DNA of 64,000 bases from an uncultured Acidobacteriota bacterium. GTDB taxonomy: Bacteria; Acidobacteriota; Thermoanaerobaculia; Gp7-AA8. Shown here one piece after another: positions 1 to 9,858 of the stretch. The stretch's first letter is position 1. Each line of letters starts with the position of its first letter. The notes below the pieces were generated by a model. The model was not told the origin of the DNA and did no database searches. It saw only the letters and a list, made by a program, of their open reading frames with translations. Made by a program: the position numbers and the translations under genes. The stretch is taken from NCBI GenBank assembly GCA_963822445.1, contig CAWGHO010000002.1, forward strand, positions 1,056,001-1,120,000, in the 5' to 3' direction.

Positions 1-8
1 GACGCGTT

Positions 9-1877
9 TTACACGCTCTGAGCTTTCGTCTCCACCAATCCCTCGAACACCTGCAACGCCAGATCGATGCGTCCCAGCGGCGCCGAGACCTGCACGCCCG
101 CCACCCGCCCGCGCACGCGCTCCAGCGTCTCGCGGGCGATGGTCACGCCTTCGCGCAGGCCGTGCTCTTTGCTCTTCTCGCTGGCGATGCGCATCCGCTC
201 CATCACTTCATCCGGCACGACCACGCCGGGCACCTCGTTGTTCATGAACTGAGCGTTGCGGTACGACAGCAGCGGCCAGATTCCGGCGACGACAGGAAGG
301 TGCATGTCTTCGATGCGCTCGAGGAAGGTCTCGAGCTGGCGGACGTCGAAGACGGGCTGGGTGATCGCGTATTCCGCGCCCGCTTTCACCTTCCAGTCGA
401 GACGGCGCAGCTCGTATTCGAGATCGAGATGGCCGGGATTCACACCGACGCCGATCGTGAATTTCGTCGGCTCTCCGAAGGGGTTGCTGCCGAGGTCGAG
501 CCCGTGGTTCATCAGGTTCACCATGTTCGTGAGCCCGATCGAGTCGATGTCGAACACCGCCGTCGCTTCCGGATACGGCCCCATCTTCGGGGGATCGCCG
601 GTGATGAGCAGGAGATTGCGCAGGCCGAGCGCGGCGCATCCGAGGAGGTCGGAGTGCATCCCGAGGAGATTGCGGTCGCGGCAGCAGTAGTGAAGGACCG
701 TCTCGATGCCGACGCGCTGCTGAAGAAGCACGGCCACGGCGATCGCGCCCATGCGATTCTGCGCGCGCGGCCCATCGGGCACGTTGACCGCGTCCACACC
801 CGCGGCCTTGATCGACTCCACGCCTTTGACCATCGCGTCGGGATTCGGACCTTTCGGCGGCGTGATCTCGATCGTGGTGACGAACTCCCCCGCGGCGATC
901 TTGCGGCCCCAGTTCGAGCGCGTGGCCATGAGCGCCGGCTCGACGCCGACGTTCTTCTCGTCGGCCTTGCCGCTGCTCTCGATGATCACGAACGAGCGCC
1001 GCGGCGAGAGCGGCCGGACGGCGTCGGCCATCACCTTGATGTGCTCCGGTGTCGTTCCGCAGCAGCCGCCGATGAACTTCACGCCCTTGTGAATGAGGCG
1101 CTTGGCGTACTTGCCGAAGTAGTCGGGCGAGGCCATGTACATCTGCCGGCCGTTGACGTCGCGGGGAAGACCGGCGTTGGGCTGACAGGAGATCTTCTTC
1201 GCGGTGACCGTGGCGATCTCTTCGACCGCGTCGAGCATGATGTCTGGACCGACCGCGCAATTGAGGCCGATGACATCGGCGCCCGCGCGATCGAGGCGCA
1301 GGGCGACGTCTTTCGGCGTGTCGCCGAAGACGGTGCGGCTGTCCGTGCCGATGGTCATCTGCGCGACGACGGGCAGGGAGCAGACGTCGCGGATCGCGGC
1401 GATGGCCTGTTCCATCTCGGCGATGTTGGAGAAGGTCTCGCACACGAAGAGATCCACGCCCGCATCGCGCAGCGCCTCGACCTGCTCCCTGAAAATCGCG
1501 CGAGCCTCGTCGAGCGAGGTCGGTCCGTACGGTTCGATGCGGATGCCGAGCGGGCCGATCGCGCCGGCGACGTATACGGAATCGCCCGCCGCTTTGCGCG
1601 CAATCTCCACGGCCCGAAGGTTGATGTCGCGCAGCTCGTCTTCGATGCCGAAGCTGCCGAGCTTCACCCGGTTCGCGCCGTAGGTGTTGGTCTCGATGAT
1701 CTCCGCGCCGGCCTTGACGTAGTGGCGATGGACTTCCAGCACGATCTCCGGATTGCGGAGATTGAGCTCGTCGTAGCACTTGTTGATGAAGACGCCCTTC
1801 GAATAGAGCATCGTCCCCATCGCTCCATCGAAGAGGTAGACGTGTTCGTCGGCGATCGCTTGAATGAAATCCTGCAT
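9..1877 (-). CDS. yitJ: Bifunctional homocysteine S-methyltransferase / 5,10-methylenetetrahydrofolate reductase (YitJ-like)
   Basis: N-half has DGAMGTML, IIETNTYGAN, IGLNC and the Zn-binding IGGCCGTTPEHI of homocysteine methyltransferases. C-half has MTHFR motifs (HYCCRDRN, LITGDPP, AITQPVFD). Start taken at ATG 1877. Confidence 0.92.
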   Translation of the reverse strand: MQDFIQAIADEHVYLFDGAMGTMLYSKGVFINKCYDELNLRNPEIVLEVHRHYVKAGAEIIETNTYGANRVKLGSFGIEDELRDINLRAVEIARKAAGDSVYVAGAIGPLGIRIEPYGPTSLDEARAIFREQVEALRDAGVDLFVCETFSNIAEMEQAIAAIRDVCSLPVVAQMTIGTDSRTVFGDTPKDVALRLDRAGADVIGLNCAVGPDIMLDAVEEIATVTAKKISCQPNAGLPRDVNGRQMYMASPDYFGKYAKRLIHKGVKFIGGCCGTTPEHIKVMADAVRPLSPRRSFVIIESSGKADEKNVGVEPALMATRSNWGRKIAAGEFVTTIEITPPKGPNPDAMVKGVESIKAAGVDAVNVPDGPRAQNRMGAIAVAVLLQQRVGIETVLHYCCRDRNLLGMHSDLLGCAALGLRNLLLITGDPPKMGPYPEATAVFDIDSIGLTNMVNLMNHGLDLGSNPFGEPTKFTIGVGVNPGHLDLEYELRRLDWKVKAGAEYAITQPVFDVRQLETFLERIEDMHLPVVAGIWPLLSYRNAQFMNNEVPGVVVPDEVMERMRIASEKSKEHGLREGVTIARETLERVRGRVAGVQVSAPLGRIDLALQVFEGLVETKAQSV

Positions 1878-1911
1878 AAAGAAAAACCCCACGCCGGAAA
1901 ACGACGTGGGG
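1878..1911 (-). terminator. Intrinsic terminator in the yitJ leader (riboswitch expression platform)
   Basis: Minus strand reads CCCCACGtcg-tttt-ccggCGTGGGG-TTTTTCTTT, immediately before the ATG. Confidence 0.75.
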
Positions 1912-1937
1912 CGGGTTCGGAGTCGTTTGGTTTACTG

Positions 1938-1990
1938 CCGGCCTTTTAGCTTTTTTTAGCTGGTTGCAAGCCGCCCCAAATCAATCCAGC
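1938..1990 (-). ncRNA. SAM-II-type (SAM-alpha family) riboswitch
   Basis: Minus strand GCUGG-AUUGAUUUGGGGCGGCUUGCAA-CCAGC-UAAAAAAAGCUAAAAGGCCG. P1 is GCUGG/CCAGC; conserved UGAUUU, UUGCA, UAAA and GCUAAA blocks are present; pseudoknot CGGCUU/AGGCCG. Lies upstream of a methionine-synthesis gene. Confidence 0.8.
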
Positions 1991-2014
1991 GGGGGACAGA
2001 TTACCCGATTTTCC

Positions 2015-4180
2015 TCAATCCTCGAAAAACCGGCGCAACTTCTCGAGTGCCCCCTCGACCTCCTGCCGGTTCCGGTCGACGTCATTTGCCCAGCGGCGGA
2101 ACTGATCGAACGTGATCGCGGCGGGCTCATCAAAGTGGTCCTCGTCGAAAAGCACGCGGCGGACGATGCGGCCGAAGATGCCGCTGGGGCAATGGCGGGT
2201 GGGGGCGGTGCCGTCGAGGAAAACCTCCCGGATCGGGCCCGGGCAGCCTTCCCGCCAGAGCATCCCCGACTCCGGATCGATGTCGCGGAACGTCACGCCT
2301 TCGGGCGGTTTCGGGTTTGCGGCGGCGTGGGGGATCTCGCTCATGTACGCGCCCCAGACCGGGATCGCCGCTTCCGACGATGACAGGCGCAGCGGCGCGC
2401 CGCGATCGAAACCGACCCAGACCGTGGTGACCATGTCCGCGGTGTAGCCGACGAACCAGGCGTCGCGGTAATCGTTCGTGGTGCCCGTCTTTCCGGCGAC
2501 GTCGCCGAGACCGTAGCGCTTCAGGCGCGTTGCCGTTCCGCGTCGAACCACGCCGCGCAGCAGGGTGTGCATCACGTACGCGGAACTGGCGTCGACGACG
2601 CGCTTCCGTTTCGATTCGCGCTCGAAAACCAGCTCGCCGTGGCGGTCCTTCACGCTCGTCAGCAGGAATGGCTCGACGCGCTCGCCGAGGTTCGGGAAGG
2701 CGGTGTACGCCGCGGTCAGCTCGCGCATCGAGACATCGGCAACACCCAACGAGAGCGCGGGGATCTCGGTGATCTTGCTGAAGCCGAAATCGTCCGCGGT
2801 CTTCTTCACCTGGCGCAGACCGGTTTGTTGCGTGAGCCGGACCGTCGGCACGTTCAGCGACCGCTCGAAGGCCTCGCGCAGCGTCACCCGTCCGCGAAAG
2901 CTCTGGTCGTAGTTCTGCGGCTGCCACGTCTCGTTGCGGGCCAGCTCGATCTTCACCGGCGCGTCGAGCAGGAGCGAGGACGTGGTCGATTTCTTGGAGA
3001 CGATCGCCGCGAGATAAGCGAAGGTCTTGAACGCGGAGCCGGGCTGACGGCGCATCTGCGACGTGCGATCGAACGGCGAGCGCTGGAAGTCGGCGCCGCC
3101 GACGAGCGCGCGAATGCCGCCGTTTTTCGGATCGATCGACAGAATCGCGACCTGCAGCGGATCGGCGCGCGACTGCGTGCGGATCCAGCGATAGCGCGAC
3201 TCCAGGCGATTCGCGGACTGCCGTGCCGCACGCTCCGCGGCGCGCTGCGCGCGCGGATCCATCTCACAGACGATCGTCAATCCGCCGCCGGCCACTCCCC
3301 GCTTGCCGACCTCGCGCACCACCTCGGCCTTGAGGGCGCGAAGGTAGTAGGGATACGGCGTTTCGGGCAGCGATCCGCGGATCACATCGACGTCGCGAGC
3401 CACCGCCCTTTCGTATTCGTCCTTGCCGATCCACTTCCGGTCGCGCATCACGCCGAGAATCGCGTTCCGCCGCGCCCGGGCGATGTCGGGACGCTTTTCC
3501 GGCGTGTCGCGGTTCGGCGCGCGGATCATCGCCGCGAGCATCGCCGCCTCGTCGACGCGAAGCGCTTTCGGCGATTTGTCGAAATAGAGCCGCGCCGCCT
3601 CGTCGATGCCGAGGATGGTGTTGCCGTTGTGGTGGCCGAGGTAGACGTCGTTGAGGTAGAGCTCGAGGATCTCGTCCTTGGAGAGGCGCGCGTCGAGATC
3701 GACCGCCAGCACGATCTCCACGATCTTGCGGCGCCAGGTGCGCTCGTTCGTGAGGAAGTGCTGTTTGATGACCTGCTGGGGAATGGTGCTGCCGCCCTGG
3801 GCGATGCCGCCGGCGCGGACGTTCTTCATGAGCGCGCGGGCCATGCCGATGGGATCGACGCCGAGGTGGCGGCGGAAGCGGACGTCCTCCGCGGCCACGA
3901 AGGCATCGGCGACAAACGGAGGCAGTTCGCCGATCAGAACCGGCGGCGAGACGCGCCAGTCGGCGCCGTAGACCTTCACGATCTCGCGCGTGGACTTGCC
4001 GGCGCTCGACAGGATCACCGTCGGCTCGCGCCAGCTCTTGCCCGCGATTCCCCGTTTCAGGCGGAGATCGAGCACGAAAACGTAGATGAAGAAAGCCTGG
4101 AGCGCGACGAAGAGGGCGAAGGAAAGCGGAAGCGTCCATCGCGCGAGCAGTGCTGCGCGTGACAATCGTGGCTTGTTCAT
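2015..4180 (-). CDS. Class A penicillin-binding protein (PBP1A/1B family transglycosylase-transpeptidase)
   Basis: N-terminal TM; transglycosylase motifs AAEDVRF, GGSTIPQQVIK and ILELYLNDVY; transpeptidase motifs QPGSAFK (SxxK), SLN and KTGT. Confidence 0.92.
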   Translation of the reverse strand: MNKPRLSRAALLARWTLPLSFALFVALQAFFIYVFVLDLRLKRGIAGKSWREPTVILSSAGKSTREIVKVYGADWRVSPPVLIGELPPFVADAFVAAEDVRFRRHLGVDPIGMARALMKNVRAGGIAQGGSTIPQQVIKQHFLTNERTWRRKIVEIVLAVDLDARLSKDEILELYLNDVYLGHHNGNTILGIDEAARLYFDKSPKALRVDEAAMLAAMIRAPNRDTPEKRPDIARARRNAILGVMRDRKWIGKDEYERAVARDVDVIRGSLPETPYPYYLRALKAEVVREVGKRGVAGGGLTIVCEMDPRAQRAAERAARQSANRLESRYRWIRTQSRADPLQVAILSIDPKNGGIRALVGGADFQRSPFDRTSQMRRQPGSAFKTFAYLAAIVSKKSTTSSLLLDAPVKIELARNETWQPQNYDQSFRGRVTLREAFERSLNVPTVRLTQQTGLRQVKKTADDFGFSKITEIPALSLGVADVSMRELTAAYTAFPNLGERVEPFLLTSVKDRHGELVFERESKRKRVVDASSAYVMHTLLRGVVRRGTATRLKRYGLGDVAGKTGTTNDYRDAWFVGYTADMVTTVWVGFDRGAPLRLSSSEAAIPVWGAYMSEIPHAAANPKPPEGVTFRDIDPESGMLWREGCPGPIREVFLDGTAPTRHCPSGIFGRIVRRVLFDEDHFDEPAAITFDQFRRWANDVDRNRQEVEGALEKLRRFFED

Positions 4181-4288
4181 CTACATTGTTTTTCGTGCAA
4201 CTCGTACACCTGGTTGCATACGTGCAGCGCAAACTCCTCGGTTGAAAAAGTACGGCTCCCCCCGAAACTTTTTAATAGGAGACCAGAC

Positions 4289-5098
4289 ATGGCTGCGAAG
4301 AAGAGCACCTCGAAAAAGGGCGGCTCGAAAAAAGGCGGCGCCAAAGGCGGCGCCAGGAAGTCGGCGGGCAAGAGCACCAAAAAGTCCGCCGCGAAGAAGT
4401 CCTCTGCCAGGAAGTCGTCCGCGAAGAAGTCCTCTGCTAAGAAGTCGTCTGCGAAGAAGGCCTCGCCCCGCAAGTCAGCGGCGAAGAAGTCTTCAGCGCG
4501 GAAGGCAGCAGCCCGGACGTCGTCGAAATCGACGGCACGCCGGGGCGGAACCGCGAAGCGCAGCGCTTCGAAGAGCTCCGCGGGCAGCCGCAAGCGGAGT
4601 CAGGCCGCGCGGAAGGCGGCGCTGAGCCGTCCGACGAAGAAGACCGTGCGTCGCGCGGCGGCGAGCGCTGTTGCCGGCGCAGCCGCGGGCGTTGGTGCGG
4701 CAGCGGCCGCGCGCAGAGCGCCTGCCGTTGCAGCGGAAGTGAAGCGCAAAGCGCCGGGCGTGGCCAATCGCGCGAAGAGCGTGATCAGCCGCGTGGTCGA
4801 GCAGGTCAAGGACACCGCCTCGGCGGTCGTTCCGGCCCTCGGCTCGAGCAGCACCACTGACACGGGCACCGGCAACACGGCGGCGTCACGGGTGGCGGCG
4901 GCTACACCGGCGGTGGTTCCACGCCAGGCTCAGGACCAGCTGCGAAGAGCGAGCTCGGAGTGCGATGGCCTGGGGCCATCGCACTCTGCCTTCAGCTCGA
5001 CGATTTCTCGAACGCGTTGCGGATCCGCTTGGAGAAGTACTGCTGCGGCAGACCGCCGCTCCACTTCTTCAAGCGTTTCGCCTTCGCAAACGAGTTGA
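4289..5098 (+). CDS. Lys/Ala/Ser-rich histone H1-like protein (C-terminal end uncertain, probably frameshifted)
   Basis: AGGAGA RBS then MAAKKSTSKKGGSKKGG with repeated AKKSS/ARKSS pentapeptides. The ORF runs through a hairpin into the convergent gene, so the true stop is probably earlier. Confidence 0.65.
   Translation: MAAKKSTSKKGGSKKGGAKGGARKSAGKSTKKSAAKKSSARKSSAKKSSAKKSSAKKASPRKSAAKKSSARKAAARTSSKSTARRGGTAKRSASKSSAGSRKRSQAARKAALSRPTKKTVRRAAASAVAGAAAGVGAAAAARRAPAVAAEVKRKAPGVANRAKSVISRVVEQVKDTASAVVPALGSSSTTDTGTGNTAASRVAAATPAVVPRQAQDQLRRASSECDGLGPSHSAFSSTISRTRCGSAWRSTAAADRRSTSSSVSPSQTS
4958..4986. repeat. 13-bp perfect hairpin near the ends of convergent genes (terminator/REP-like)
   Basis: GAGTGCGATGGCC-TGG-GGCCATCGCACTC; shares the GGAGTGCG start with the element at 14374. 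Confidence 0.6.
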
Positions 5099-6062
5099 GA
5101 GCCTGAACGCGGTAGTTGTCGTCCGCCTCGAACGCGTAGATCGAGTATTGCGATGCGCCGAGGAAGGCCCAGATCCAGCCGTTGCGGGGCATCTTGCGCT
5201 GAGGCGCTGGAAATCGCGCGCGGCGGCCTCGAACTCACCGGCGAAGTAATTCTCCAGCGCCCGGCGAACGTCATTCGAGTAGTCCGCGAGCACCGTATTC
5301 GCGGCGGCGGTCGGCTTCGGCGTGACCGCCGGGAGAAGGCGTAATCGTCGCCGGAGTCGTGGCCACAGCCGTCGCCGGCATGGCCAGCTCGGAGAGATGC
5401 CCGCGCTCTCGGCCATGTCGATGATCGCGTTCAGGTCGTCGTTCGTGCGCGCCGACGTGTTCGCGTCGTCGCCTCGGTGAGCAGGTTCAGGCCTGCGTGT
5501 ACTGCGGCGAGTTGCCGGCTTTGCGCGTCTGCGCGGCCTGCAGCTTCTGTCTTGCCGCGGTCGAGCGCGCTCGAAGCGCGACTCCGCAACCCGGATCGAT
5601 GACCGGTCCGGACGGAGTCGGGGCAGGGACGACCTGCGTGGGTGCGGGACGGACGGCTCCGGTGCCGGACGGACCGGCTCGGGCGCGGGTTCATTCGCGG
5701 CGGCGAGCTGCTTCTTCGCGCGCTCCATCAGCGTGTCGAGCGACCCTAGATTCTCGGGGCCGGGGCCGGAGGTTCTCTCGAAGTCAGCGATCGCCGCTTC
5801 GTAATTGCCGAGGTTCATGTTGGCCACGCCGCGGTAGTAGTACGGGTGGTAGTTGATGAAATTCGTCCCGTACGTGCTCGGCCTTGTCCTGTTCCTTCCC
5901 GTTGCCCTTGATGGCGGCATTCATCTTCTGAAGCACGGTGCTCCAGCTGCCCTTGCGCGCGGCGGCGAGCCCGGCTTCGTAATCGTCGTACCAGGACGCT
6001 TCGGCGACGCCGGCGAACAGGAACAGAGCGAGAGTGATGGCGAGAGTGCGTGCGCGGATCAT
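4992..6062 (-). CDS. Secreted TPR-repeat protein (frameshifted in this sequence)
   Basis: Signal peptide MIRARTLAITLALFLFAGVAEA. TPR-like pieces lie in three frames: YYYRGVANMNLGNYEAAIADFE, RALENYFAGEFEAAARDF, WAFLGASQY...YFSKRIRNAF. Confidence 0.65.
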
Positions 6063-7917
6063 GGCTTGTTGACTTCCTTGGCGAGGGCGTCGTAGTCGAC
6101 ATTGCCCATGTTCACAATCCTGCGCGTGGAAGCGCCGGGTTTGATGTTCACGTCGATGGTCTCGCGGCCTTTGGGACCGGTGAGGGTGACGCTGGTAATT
6201 GCCCGGCGCCAGCTCGATTCGGTCGGCGTCGAGCGGTGATCCTCGAGCAGGGCGATCTCTTTCTGATCGCCCTTGTTGACGATCTTCTCGAGGTCAGCGT
6301 AGGGCGACGCGGAAAGCAGGAGCACGCCCTGGCCGGCAGGAATCGGCGCGGTGTTCGGCGCGGTCGCGGTGATGGCGGTGGTCGATGGCGCAACGGTTTC
6401 CGTCGCGACAGGCACCGCATCCTTCTTGCGCGTGGCCATGAACCCGGCGACGGCAATGGCGATGACGACGACCGCGGCGATGGCCCCGATGACGGCCATG
6501 TTCTTTTTCTTCGGCGCCGCGGCACCCGGTTGGTACTGCCGCTCGAGCACCGTCGCTTCGGCCTGCCCCGCTCCGCCGCCCGCTCCCCACTTTTTCTCGA
6601 GCGCCGTCGGAGCCGCGCCGGCGGGAGAGCCGAGCCGCTCCATCACCGTCGCTTCGTCGCTGCCGACGCGCGTGCCGGTCGGACCGGTCTTGGCGCCGCC
6701 GGGCATGGTCAGGTTGCGCTCCATGACCGTCGCTTCATCGGCCTGCGAGCGCGTGCCCGTTCCCGGCATCGTTCCGCCGGCGAACGTTCCGCCGGACAGG
6801 CCACCCATGGTCTGTTGCGTCTGCTGCGCGCCGGAGAGCGTCGGCGACGGAGTGGTGCCGGTAAATTTCGGCAGATCGGCCAGCGTCTGCGCGCCGGAGA
6901 GGGTGATCATCTTCTCGCCGAGTCCGAATTTCTGATCGGGCGGGATGGACGCGCGAAGATTTTCGAGGGCAGCCGCAAAGTCGGCGGCGGTCGCGAAACG
7001 CGCATCGCGGTTCTTCTCGAGCGAGCGCATGATCACCGACTCGAGCTGCGGCGGGACCTTCACGTTCGGCGCGAGCTCGGCGATCGGCGCCGGCTTTTCG
7101 GTGACGTGCTTGAGGATGTAGCCGTGCGGGTTCGTAGCCTGGAACGGCGCGCGGCCGGCCAGCATCTCGTACAAGACGATGCCGAACGAGTAGAGATCGG
7201 AGCGCGGATCGAGATGCTCCCCTTCCTTGAGGAAGCCGGCCTGCTCGGGCGAGGCGTATTTCAGCTTCCCGAGGAACATGCCGGTCTGGGTGAGGCCCTG
7301 GCCGCCTTCTCCTTCGGCGAGCTGCTTGGCGATGCCGAAGTCGATGACCTTGACGAGCAGCTTCCCGTGGTGTCCTGCGACAGCATGATGTTCTCGGGCG
7401 AGATGTCGCGATGGATGAGGCCCATCGAGTGCAGGTGGTCGAGGCCGTGCAGCGCCTGGATCGCGATCTCCACCGTCAGCCGCGGGGGCAGCGCACCCGG
7501 TCTCGGCGATCCACTTCTGGATGTTCGTGCCGTCGATGAACTCCCAGACCATGTAGTACGAGCCGTCCTCGAGCTGCGCGAAGTCGTACAGCATGGCCAG
7601 GTTCTTGTGCTTGATCATCGTGGACGTGCGCGCTTCCTGGAGGAATCGCTGCAGTCCCTGATCGTCCGGCGGCGACGTTGGGCCGCATGATCTTGATGAC
7701 GCGGAGCTCGTTGAGATGGATGTGGCGGACCTTGAAGATCTCGCCCATGCCGCCGACGCCGAGGCGGTCGATGATCTGGTACTTGCCGTCGAGGAGGCGG
7801 CTCGAGTAGGTCCTCTGGAACAGCCGTGACCTTCTCGCCGCAATGCGGGCACTGATCGTACGCGGCGTCGATCGTCTGTTTGCATTTAAGGCAGTTTGCA
7901 GGGTCTGGCTCATTCAT
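6059..7917 (-). CDS. Membrane Ser/Thr protein kinase with N-terminal Zn ribbon (frameshifted)
   Basis: CLKC...CPHC; LGVGGMGEIFK; VIKIMRP; HRDISPENIM; KVIDFGIAK; GKLKYASPEQ; SDLYSFGIVLYEML; TM segment; short extracellular domain. Motifs are split over frames. Confidence 0.85.
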
Positions 7918-9222
7918 CGGTCCCGGTTGACGGCTCGCACATGACCTGACAGACTGAACTCAATGATCGCGCACATAACTGCAGGCCGGATCCGCGCCGA
8001 ACCGCACGATGTCGCCCGGCTTGAGGACGGCCCGGTCGACCCGCGCGTTGTTGACGTACGTTCCATTCGCGGACTGCAGGTCCTCGAGCAGCGGTGACTT
8101 GCCCGCCAGCGTGATCCGCGCATGCCGGCGCGAGACGGCCGGGTGCGGCGAGCACGATCGAGCAGGTGCGGTCACGGCCGACCATCACGCTGTCGCCGAT
8201 GATGGCGTGCTTCTCGTTCGCCTCCGGCTTCACGTTCACGAGCGCCCAGTGATGCGGAACGTCCATGGCCGGCACGGCGTCAGCGTGCGTGTCCGAGATC
8301 GGCGACGGGATGACGTCCGGTCGGCGCGATCGGCTGCCGGGCGTTGTACTCCTCGAGCGCTTCGTAGAACTCGCGCGCGGTCTCGTAGCGCTGATCCATG
8401 CGCGGGTGCATCGACTTGAGCACGATCGCTCGAGCTCTTTGTCGATCTCCGGACGCAACGCGCTGGGCGGCTGCTTCTCGCCGCGGTAAATGGCGTCGAT
8501 CAGCTTCGGCAGGGAGCGGCTGTTGAACGGGAGCTGGCCGGTGAGCATCTCGTACAGCACGACGCCCGACGAGTAGACGTCGCTCTTCGCTCCGGCGTCT
8601 TTCGGCTCGCGGATCTGCTCGGGCGACATGTAGTGCGGCGTGCCGAGGAGGAAGCCGGATTTGGTGAGCACGGTCTGGCCGCTCCGCCGCCGCCTTCCTT
8701 GATCTTGGCGATGCCGAAGTCCGTGACCTTCACCTGACCCGATTCTCGCTGATCAGGTTGGCCGGCTTGATGTCGCGATGAACGATGCCCTTTGCCGTGC
8801 GCGTAAACGAGCGCTTCGAGCAGGCACTGGCCGACGCTGATGGCGTCGTGAGATCGACAGCGCGCCCCGCTCGGTCAGCAGGACGTCGACGGGCGTGCCT
8901 TCGACGAACTCCATGACCAGCACCGCGCCCTGGTCGTTGTTGATGAACTCGTAGAAGCGGGTGATGTAGCGATGGCGGAGCTTGGAGAGGATCTGCGCTT
9001 CCTTGACGAAGCGCTTGCGCGCGGTGACGTCGCCGGCCAGCTCGTCGGACATCACCTTGAGCACGACCGGGTAGCCGCTGCGGAAGGACGTCGGTCGCGT
9101 TCGCGGTCGTGCCCGACGTAGACGTGGCTCATGCCCGCCTTCACCGATCTCGCGGTCGATGCGGTAGTTGCCGATGCTCGTGCCGATGGGCGAGGCCGAT
9201 CATTTCAGCAGACCCTCGTCAT
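7914..9222 (-). CDS. Ser/Thr protein kinase with C-terminal FHA domain (multiple frameshifts)
   Basis: VLKVMS...RFVKEAQIL; KVTDFGIAK; GTPHYMSPEQ; SDVYSSGVVLYEML; FHA motifs VGRDRTC, VSRRHA, DLQSANGTYVN. ATG 9222 overlaps the upstream stop. Confidence 0.8.
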
Positions 9223-9849
9223 CCCAGTGAAATCCGTCGTGGCAGAGAGGCGTGAAGATGAATCGATGCGAGCCGATGCGGATCGATGTCCTTGCCGGAC
9301 AGGTCGCGGCGCGGCTCGATCTCGGTCTCGTTGACGTACGTCCCGTTCGTGGAGTTGTGGTCCATGAGGATGAAGCGCCGCTCCTCGGGCCGGAACACGA
9401 GATCGGCGTGATGCGAGGAGGCCTGGTCGTCGTTGATGACGATGTCCGAACGGCGGTCGCGGCCGATGACGTTGCGGCCCATGCGCACCGGGAAGGACTC
9501 GCCGCGCGATGCGCCGCTCAGGCCGACCAGCCAGCCGACGACGTAGCGCTTCTGCTGGCCGGTTTCGATCGCGACGCGGCGACGGTGCGCTCCATGGATG
9601 ACCTTCGAGATCGGAGCGATCTGGAGCGCCGGACTCCGGCCGACGGTGCCGCCGCGGGACGGGCGGCCGTGATCGGCCTCAGTACGGGCTCACGCACGGC
9701 TGCTGCAGCGGCCGCCGGCGGCGGCGCGGCTTCGACGGCACGCGGCCGCACCACCGGGATCTCCGGCTCGGCGCGTCATTGGGACAGTAGGGACAGATGT
9801 CCCATGACTCGTCGATGAAATGCCCGTTGTCACAACGCTTATCTGCCAC
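9219..9849 (-). CDS. Zn-ribbon + FHA domain protein (frameshifted)
   Basis: GTG 9849 after GAGGG gives MADKRCDNGHFIDESWDICPYCP. C-terminal FHA: GRNVIGRD...ASSHHA...DHNSTNGTYVN. Confidence 0.75.
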
Positions 9850-9858
9850 GAGTCACCC

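Noticed and set aside
162-4162. Long antisense and alternate-frame ORFs (e.g. 162-1949 +, 2567-4162 +, and similar ones throughout)
   Set aside because: These are shadow ORFs expected in high-GC DNA opposite well-supported genes; they are Arg/Ala-rich with no recognisable motifs.
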